DNA from: the human T2T-CHM13v2.0 reference genome, Homo sapiens
DNA: 64,000 nt
Direction: 5' to 3' (one strand)
NCBI RefSeq assembly: GCF_009914755.1
Contig: NC_060932.1
Shown: in pieces, positions 52,558 to 64,000 of the stretch
Numbering within the stretch: position 1 is the first letter of the stretch
How the letters are laid out: each line of letters starts with the position of its first letter
Program-made: the position numbers and the translations under genes
The notes under the pieces: model-generated
Seen by the model: the letters and a program-made list of their open reading frames with translations, nothing else
Told to the model about the DNA's origin: nothing
The model's database searches: none

Positions 52558-53440
52558 GTAAGTATATTTCTAGTAAATAAAAAAGTCTGCCTGTATTTTA
52601 ATGTATTAATCAAAATATAGTTTAAAAATTCAAATGATGTTAAAAATCAGTCCTCTGATTTCTACATCCCCACAAATACATCCATACTTTCAGAGGCAAC
52701 TGTTTTACTCTTTTACCTGTTTCTTCTAATGTTTACCTACATCTTTCTGAATAATGTATGCGTACTTCTATCACTCGATTCTTTCATTTTAGATATTATC
52801 TGTTGGCCTCCTATTGTAATAGATGAAGATTTCAGCTGTTTTTCACTAAACTTCCTTTCTCCTCACTGTCTCAGTGAAATTATATCATGATTTTTAATAT
52901 TATTCCATATTTGGTGTATTTATTACTGTGACTCTCAATATTGTCCATTGCTGAGCCAAGTATGTTACCATGTTTACATTTCCCTTATGGTGCAATTTTT
53001 TGCCTTTTTTCTGGAATTAATAATTACCTACATTTTGTATTTGGTTTGGTTTTGTTTTAGATCATCTTCATTTTCCACATCATCTTAAATTTTAAGATCT
53101 TACTAAATTTCCACAGAGCTTTTAGCAACTATGAAAAATATCCTTTAAACCATTTTTTTCATATCAAACCAGTAAGATAATACCTGGGTTTCATTGTTTC
53201 CTTCACATTCAGTGCTCCACTTCTTCCCTCCATTCTGAGTTACTCTCTATAACATTTGAGTAACTCTCACCAGGAATTTCCTTTGTTGTCATCCTGGGAT
53301 TTTCCCTTTGCCACTTTCTTGTATTGGATTCTCCATTTCTTAGATTTCATTTTTCCCTTTCTCAGGCCATTTCCTAGTTTCTTGGTTTACTGCCTTCCAG
53401 TAGCTTCCTGAATAAAGTCATGTTCTCGTACTAAAGATAC

Positions 53441-53846
53441 TGTTTTAGTCTTGTTCTTGCATTGCTATAAAGGAATACCTGAGACTGGGTAATATATAAA
53501 GAAAAGAGGTTTAATTGGCTCAGGGTTCTGCTGGCTATACAAGAAGCATGACATTGTCATCTGCTTGGCATCTGAGGAGCTTTTACTCCCGGTAGAAGGT
53601 AAAGCGGGTGCAGGCACATTACATGATGAGAGCAAGAGTGAGGAGTGGGGGAGGTACCACACCCTTTTAAACAGTCAGATCTCATGAGAACTCACTATGG
53701 CAAGGACAGCACCAAGAGGATGGCATTAAAGTATTCATGAGAAATACACCCCCATGATCCAGTCACCTCCCAGCAGGCCCCACCTCCAACATTGGGGATT
53801 GCAATTCAGTATGAGATTTAAAGGGGAAAACATCCAAACTATATCA
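53441..53846 (-). mobile_element. MST-type MaLR solo LTR
   Basis: ATTGCTATAAAGGAATACCTGAGACTGGGTAA...CATCCAAACTATATCA. Confidence 0.85.
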
Positions 53847-55920
<2,074 letters not shown>

Positions 55921-56866
55921 CAGCCCTCTCCCCCTCATCTTTTTCTTCCTGTTTTCTATGTTCTAGAGTCCTGAGTCCTTATTTTCAGATAAAAAATGTA
56001 TTCAAAACCCATACCTCTATCTTCTGTAGTAATAGGGCTGGATATAAACTCATTTACCTTATTTGAAAATACAAACCGACAAGTTTACTTGTTTTCATTT
56101 CAGATAAGTTCGGGGATATAGTACCATTATTAAAAATCAAGTTTGATGCATTTCTTAGATTATTTTGTGGGTTGTACCTGCTACTGAGTTCAAAATAAAG
56201 CAGATTGGGTCAGAATTATTGATTTAAATTCAAAGATATTACAAATACTCTCTCATGTTGGTTTTATTGTTTCTAAATAGCTTGTTATATTCACATACAT
56301 ATCACTAATTCCTTCAGATAAATTTTAAGATAAAGATGAGCCATCGTTTGAAATGAACAAGCTGATTAGAAAACTTAATTTTTTCTAGGGGTCATATATT
56401 CACCTGGCTCAAAATTCAAAAAGTATAAAGGAGTATAGAGTGAAAATCTCCGTGTCACTTTTTTCCCTTGCAGCTTAATTTTTTTTCCTCATTAGCATCT
56501 AAAGTTATTTGTTTGGGTTTGTGTATATATAATTCCTGAGCTGTTTTATTCATCTACAAGAAAATATATATAGTATTGTATTTTCCCCCTTTTTTATATG
56601 AATGGTAGCATATTTTGCCCTTCCTTTTTTTTTTTTTTTTTTTTTTTTTGGTGGAGGGGGTCACTAAATGATATGGTTTTGGAAAGTTTTTCATGTTAGT
56701 ACTAAGGCACTTCCTCATTATTCCTTATAGCCACAAAGTATTTGTTTTATGGGTGTATTATAATGTCTTTAGCAAGCCTGACAGATATTTTCATGTTTTC
56801 TAACCCTCCCTCAAAAGCCCATCCTACTTCATTGCCGTCAGTGCTGCTCCAGTAAATAATCTTTAA

Positions 56867-57249
<383 letters not shown>

Positions 57250-58333
57250 TATTAGGGTTTTATAATTTGTTTTGCTTTATCAAAGGACTAATATTTCTGT
57301 ACCTTCCTTTTTCAGGCTTTTTTTCTTTCTACTGTGGCTTATTTTTCCATATACATTTTAGTGTCATTCGTATACATTTAAAAAAAATGTTTTCTTCCCA
57401 CAAAATTTCCAACTCAGGTTATGTCATTAAATGAAATAATAGTACTCTCATAAAAAATTAATACATTTTGAAACATTTTTCAATGTAAAGGGAAGCATTT
57501 TAGTAGCATTACATTAATATTTAAAACATAACTGTAAGTCCCTTATCCTTTACACTAGAGTGCCTGATCCATATAAACTCACTGTATTATTCATATATTG
57601 TATTTAGATGATTCTCAGTCTGCATCTAGGTCTGAATTACTCTAATGCTTTTTAGAGTAATATAATGATCTGGTTCTCTCTAAAATTTGCTAAGGGGAAA
57701 AAATGTTAAATGTAAAATATTTGTTATCTTGCAAAAATAAATACTGACTATATTGTTCTGTGATTGAATCCAAAGTACATAATGCTGTGTGACTCTAATA
57801 TACATGCGTGTTTATATATGCATCTGTTTTTAATATTTCAACATTTTAGAAGCTCATCTGCATACTTAATTTTACTTCGAAATTTTCTAGAAAAGCAGTC
57901 TTGACTTTCAGTCAGATTTTGACAAATACAGAGAAAGCTGTTAGCCTCTACTTGAATAAATGTCCTGGATTAAATATTGCTCTGCATTCCCTCTATGGAG
58001 ATACTGATTGATAGCAGTGGAGTGCTGAAAACTCAAAAATGGCCTGTCTATCCACTTCTACTCCGTCCAGTTGAATTGCATGCTTTCTAAAGCACCCATC
58101 ATCTTCTTTGTAGAAACCACAATTCTACAATTCTTTTTTTTCGGGGGGGTGGGGTCATATTTTACCACTTTATATAATATTTAATTCCATTATATAATTT
58201 AATAAATATCACCTGCCATTATAACATTTCATCTATATAGTACTTGACCTTTGTTATTTAGAACAATTTAGAAACAATTTGACATGTTTTATCCATAAAA
58301 TCTAATGTAATGATCTTCTCTTTTTCTTTTCAG

Positions 58334-58559
58334 TCTATACAGTAACCCAAGTGGGATGTCTCCTTATGCTTCTCAGGGTTTTCCATTTCTTCCTCCATAT
58401 CCTCCACAAGAAGCAAACAGGAGTATCACTTCTTTATCTGTTGCTGACACTGTTTCTTCTTCAACAACAAGTCATACCACAGCCAAGCCTGCCGCTCCTT
58501 CATTTGGTGTCCTTTCAAATCTGCCATTACCCATTCCCACAGTGGATGCTTCAATACCG
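58334..58559 (+). CDS. VPS37A: VPS37A exon 5 (LYSNPSGMSPYASQ...VDASIP)
   Basis: ttttcAG|T...CCG|GTTGGT; 226 nt. Confidence 0.93.
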
Positions 58560-59997
58560 GTTGGTATCGTCAGTTATCTATATTTTGTGCCACTGAAACA
58601 TTCATTCAATCCACACACCTTTATTACATGCCTCTGTGTGCCAGATAATAAGTTAGACACAAAATATGAAAAGATGAACTCACATTTTTCAATTCAAGTA
58701 ACAGGTAACCAACAAATAATAATTTTAAATATGGAGCTTCTAATTCTAGTGTAGTAGAAGGGACAGAGTTTTGGTAGAGACACAGTTAGGGGAATGGTCA
58801 GTGCTCCTAGGGACCAAGGTAGAACTAGTAGATCGCCTTTACAAAAAATGTGATTCTGGTTTTTTTCACCACTTTCTTAGTGCCTCAAATATACTGATGA
58901 ATATAGTGGGTACTCTTTAAAAATGAGGCAGCTAAACAAATGCATGCATTTATGCTTGAGGCCAGATTTTGAAAGATCATTATTAATTTGCCAGAATAAC
59001 AAGGGGATACATAAGGCATTCTTTGAGAGGCAGTAACATTGTCAAAGACATTGAGGTAGAAACTGGATGGCATTTTTGTGAAGCTGCCTATAGTAGATCT
59101 CTCTGGCTGCCATATAGGGTGTGGGCAAAGGCAGAAGAATGATCATGTGGGAGCAGCAGGTGTCACATTATGATGGGTCTGCTAACATACGCTGAGGGCT
59201 TCAAGTGTTCCGTTGGTTTAAAAGCTTGTATATTCTTAAGCTGGTAACTGTTGCTATGTGGAATGTTCCTGAAGGAGAGACTAATACTTAGGGCATGAAA
59301 CATTTAAAGGGGTATAAAACCTTTCAATTAAAACCCTCAGTGAATATCACCCATAGCATTACTCAAGTATGAAACCATAGTATATCCAACATTACTAATT
59401 TCAGAGTTTATAATCATTTAGAAGATACAGACCTAAGTGGACTTGGTTTTTCCAAAACCTTTCATTTATTGTGTTAATGAGTGTTGTGAACAAATTACAG
59501 TTAGTAGTGTGAACAAAATTACAAGAGGACTTTTCAAGGGTCCTCAAGGATAAAAAGTCATATATATTCAAACAGTGGCTACTCGGTTGCTCATCTACCC
59601 TACCGTCTCATGTGACTGAGGCATGTAACTATTCAGACTGTTGATAAATTATTGCTTTTCTATATTTAATGCCTTTCACTTGAGAGAAACATATTCATAT
59701 ATACCAATGAAATCTACAGCCATGTACTTAGACAAGAAAGAGAACTACCAGTTCTCTACCTAACACAGGTCCTCACATGGCCATCACCAAAAAAAAAAGT
59801 AATCCTATGTATACGACGCTGAAAAGAAGACAGACTGAAGGAAGAAGGGGAGACTAAGGCAGTGTGAGATGTGAAGATGAAAATATGATAATGCAAACAG
59901 TTATGGGATATAGTACATTAAAGATTACGTTTATTAGTAATTGAGAGCAGTCAAAAATAATGGCTGAAATTTAATATCATTTAAAACTTTTCTTTAG

Positions 59998-60068
59998 ACA
60001 AGCCAAAATGGTTTTGGGTACAAGATGCCAGATGTCCCTGATGCATTTCCAGAACTCTCAGAACTAAG
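59998..60068 (+). CDS. VPS37A: VPS37A exon 6 (TSQNGFGYKMPDVPDAFPELSEL)
   Basis: ctttAG|ACA...AG|GTAAAC; 71 nt. Confidence 0.94.
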
Positions 60069-61459
60069 GTAAACCTGGAAAGTAAAGTTGGTCACATTGT
60101 CTATTTTATTTGTAAGCATAAACCAGATTATTATTTCATATCCATATAAATTAAAGTTTAAAATTTTCACTAATCCTAAACAATATTGTTGTTGCCTTAG
60201 TGGGATTTAAAAATCAGTTTTAGGTCCTATAGGTTACATTTATTGAGTGACTGGTACATACTCAGGGATTTTTATAGGATTTTTATAATGATATAATAGT
60301 TACCAAGATAACAAAATCCTTTCTGTCATGTGGCCTGCATTCTTTGAAAAATATTTTTGAATACATTATTCCTGACAATTTCAAAATATATCTTGGCCTA
60401 TTTTAGATCTTCCATTGTTCCCTTAGTAGATAAACTTTACATATAGAGAAATAAAGTTATAAAGTATTAGGTGTTTTTACAGATCCAAACTTTTTTTCAA
60501 ATTTATAGCAGAAAAGTTTATAATCAAATTTAAGGTGCCATTTTTCATGGAACTTTGCTTCTCTAAAATGTTTCATGAAGAAAATGGTTTTTTGCCATTC
60601 AGTTTTGGGAAGCACTGCACCCTTTATACCCCCATTGAGAGTTCATGATACTCATAAGGCTCTTATTACTAATAAGACTACTGAATGCAGTTAGACTTTT
60701 TCTTTATTTTTTTGCAGTCCTTTTTGTCTTTAGGATATATCTCATCAAAGATGTACAGCCAAGTACCCATGAGAAATTCTGTAGTTTAAAAAGAGTTTAA
60801 ATTTATTTGCACCAGTGTTTTATAGTCATTTTAAGGAAATAGTGATTTATTGTCTTCTGTAATAAAATGAATATTTACAATATACTGCATACATTAAAGG
60901 TTAATATGCATTGTAATGCTCACAATAACCCCATAAGGTAGGAGTTCTCATTTAATAAGATTATCTTTTTTGCTTTAAATTTTTTTTAAATAATTGTTAT
61001 GAAAACATCAAAAATGCAAAAAAGGTGAAGAAACTAGTATAATGAGCCACCACGTATCCATCATGTGGCAACAACAGCTATAAACCCTTTTGCTCACCAT
61101 GCTTCATGCCTCTTCTATCCAGCTTTCTTGGAGGGCTGTAGGTATGAGTCACCATTATTCTAAAGCAAATCCCAGATAATACATCCTTTTTAACCCATCA
61201 ATTCTTCAGTAAATTTTTCTACCAGGTAAGGATTTTCTTTCCTTTTAACCATAACCCCAGTCACCATCATCATCATACCTAACACAATTAATGGTAATTC
61301 TTTAATATTACCTTATTTCTCCAGTGTCTTAATAATTAATATTTTTGTGGGCAGTTTGTTTGAATCAGGATTCAAAACGAGTTCCACCTATTGCATTTGG
61401 ATAGTGGATCTCTTAAGTTCCTTTTAATAATGAACCATTTCTCCCCAACTTTTCTCTTT

Positions 61460-61462
<3 letters not shown>

Positions 61463-61505
<43 letters not shown>
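61463..61505. repeat. (AC)n microsatellite
   Basis: ~21 AC units. Confidence 0.95.
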
Positions 61506-61509
<4 letters not shown>

Positions 61510-63630
61510 TATACATATGTGTATTTACATATGTTCGTATACATGTACACAAATATGGGAATAAATACATGTCCATGTACATACATCCATGCGTGTATAT
61601 TAGACATAGTGTGTGTTTATTAAATTGGTTATTTGTCCTATAAAATTTTCCATATCCTGTTTTTTCCTTAGTGCCTCCTTGTGGTACCATTGAAGATGTT
61701 TCTCTGTTTCCCATAGTTTATGCTGCTGGTGGCTAGAAGTAGACAAGGTTCAATTCTTTTGCCAATACTTATGTCATAATTACTGCATGCTTCTTTTTAC
61801 ATCCTATGAGGCAGCAGTGAGGTCTGGTTGCCCTTTTTTTAGTGACATTAAGATTATATCAGGTTAAAGCACCTGAAATCATTGACCATCATTAATATAG
61901 CAAGGGTCATAAATATGATTTAATGATTTTATCATTACCACCAGAATTTATTAACCAGAATTACTCTATGAAGAACTTGACTTAATCAACTACATATTTA
62001 GTTATACTGAAGTATACTTCATACAGGACCAAGAAAAATGCTTAAATTTTTCCCCTTATATTATCACCTGTCACAATAATGAGTTGCTGCACTATCTGTC
62101 TCCAAAAGTTGCTCTGATGGGTGAGAAACTCAAGTTGCCTTCTGTATCGTTTTTGGCAAAGTGAAGATGCTGTGGGCTCATCATGAACATTTCTTCTCCC
62201 AGACCTAGAGTCAGCCATTTCTCTGAAGGGTGCTTGTTCTTTTCCAAAATAACAATACCAGTACTGTTACTAAGATTATTGAATGCAGGTTAAATTTTTG
62301 TTTTTGTTTTTTACAGTTCTGTTGTCTTTAGGATATGACATGCCAGAATATACTGTTGTTTTTTTAATCTCTCCAAATAATTTTTCTCTGGGTGTTGATA
62401 TAACTTAGAATATACAGGTTTATTTATTTTCAAAGCAGTCCATTTTCCCTGAATTTTAAAGACTGCTTTTTCTTTTCTTCTTTATTTTTAAATTATCCAA
62501 CGTTTTTATATGGCTCCATAGTCAAAACTAAGATACGTTCAGAAAAGTTTTGCTTCCATCCATATCTGCTCCACCTAGTTCTTTCACCCTACAGATACCC
62601 ATTTTTGTTTTTGGTTTAGCCCTCCATTATTTCTTTTCTTTAAATATTTTATGAATATCTGTACACACATATACATAAACACACATAAACATATCTATAA
62701 CTCTTACTGTGACAGCCACACATCTGTAAGCTAAATAGTCACAGAGGTTAAAACGGAGTTGTTGTGACTGCTTATGTGCCGTGTCTTACTGGTCCTACAG
62801 TAACTGACATTATACACTAGCAGAGACTGTTTATCTTGTAGAGTCTTGGGAGATTTTACTGGCTACATTTTGGCCAACACATCCTTGGAATCATGCACTG
62901 ACCTGGTCTAAAGCTGACTAGAGGAAAAAGCCAAAATGTTACAGTAACTACTCTGGCCTCTTTTCAGCTCTGTTTCCCTCTTATCAATACATACAATGAA
63001 ATGACTAGGAAGAAATTCTTCTCATGCTACCTTGTCTGTGAACTTGTACTTGTCTGAATTTACTATAGTACTAGTGTGTTCAACATTATGCTTGGAAGAA
63101 ATAAATAGCTTAAATTTTACATATCAGTAAGTCTGGTTCCTATCAGGGAAATTTAAGAAATAAGTGATATTCTCAAGCAATTAAGTTAAACAGAATTAAG
63201 AACAAGAAAAAAATACTTAACTATATTACTGCTGTCCTATTTTAAGAAACCTAAGCTGAATAAGCTCCTTAGTTTCATACATTGTTCTTTACCTGAGTTA
63301 AGTTGACTTTATTTTTAATTTCAGGTCACTGTATAACTGTGAACACTTCCCCACGGTTGTGATTTTTAAAGAAAGTAGATATATCGATATATCCATTGGA
63401 CCAAAATTTACTTTTACAGATTCTGTCAAGAATATATTACAGACTGCTCTATGTTCCATTGTGGTTGATGTTTTATTTGATTTTAAGGTTAAAACTGGCA
63501 GCCTTAGGTGTATATGTAAAAATTATTTAGAACCCTATCAGTTAACTAAAGCTGAAAAATTGTAAATAGTTGTCATGGAGAAAAACTCGATGTCTGATAT
63601 TTATTGACATTTTTTCTTTTGTGTTTCTAG

Positions 63631-63758
63631 TGTGTCACAACTCACAGATATGAATGAACAAGAGGAGGTATTACTAGAACAGTTTCTGACTTTGCCTCAA
63701 CTAAAACAAATTATTACCGACAAAGATGACTTAGTAAAAAGTATTGAGGAACTAGCAA
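63631..63758 (+). CDS. VPS37A: VPS37A exon 7 (VSQLTDMNEQEEVLLEQFL...IEELA)
   Basis: ttctAG|T...A|GTATGT; 128 nt. Confidence 0.94.
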
Positions 63759-63841
63759 GTATGTTTTCCCTCTCCTGAGCACACATTTCCTGAAAAAAAT
63801 CTCATCTTTACCTAGAAGTAAACTAGAGATTTATCTTACAG

Positions 63842-63900
63842 GAAAAAATCTCCTTTTGGAGCCCAGCTTGGAAGCCAAAAGACAAACTGTTTTAGATAAG
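63842..63900 (+). CDS. VPS37A: VPS37A exon 8 (KNLLLEPSLEAKRQTVLDK)
   Basis: ttacAG|GA...AAG|GTGAGT; 59 nt; cumulative CDS 900 nt. Confidence 0.94.
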
Positions 63901-63977
63901 GTGAGTTAGTGATAATTTTGAAGAAATTTACATAATTTAAAAATAGAATAAAACAACCTTTTCATTTTCTCTTTTAG

Positions 63978-64000
63978 TATGAATTACTTACACAGATGAA
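63978..64000 (+). CDS. VPS37A: VPS37A exon 9, partial (YELLTQM...)
   Basis: cttttAG|TAT; truncated by the window end. Confidence 0.9.

Noticed and set aside
58560-58754. VPS37A exon 5 frame stays open ~65 codons into intron 5 past a weak GTTGGT donor
   Set aside because: No nearby canonical poly(A) signal; the extension looks like old L2-type sequence

Overview
Human (primate) genomic DNA from the ZDHHC2-CNOT7-VPS37A locus (8p22, recognised from the encoded proteins). The window holds the last coding exon and 3' UTR exon of ZDHHC2 (+), the complete 7-exon CNOT7/CAF1a deadenylase gene (-; exon lengths sum to an 858-nt CDS, 285 aa), a CpG-island bidirectional promoter (~29950-31040) and exons 1-9 (exon 9 partial) of the ESCRT-I subunit VPS37A (+). 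Introns carry Alus, a near full-length antisense L1 with nested insertions, MaLR/ERV LTRs and several DNA transposons. Most notable observations: (1) a spliced 39-codon poly-Pro / (AGG)5-Arg uORF plus two short uORFs in the CNOT7 leader, a candidate translation-coupled autoregulatory circuit for CCR4-NOT; (2) a ~2.2-kb near-complete hAT (Cheshire-like) transposon with TIRs, TSD and a decayed transposase, lying between proximal and distal CNOT7 poly(A) signals; (3) candidate poison exons in CNOT7 intron 5, one with a 159-nt AG-free pyrimidine tract; (4) a chain of abutting MAF/NFI/E-box palindromes in the ZDHHC2 3' UTR intron; (5) an inverted MER30 pair. Repeat family names come from recalled consensus similarity, and repeat boundaries are approximate unless a TSD is given.
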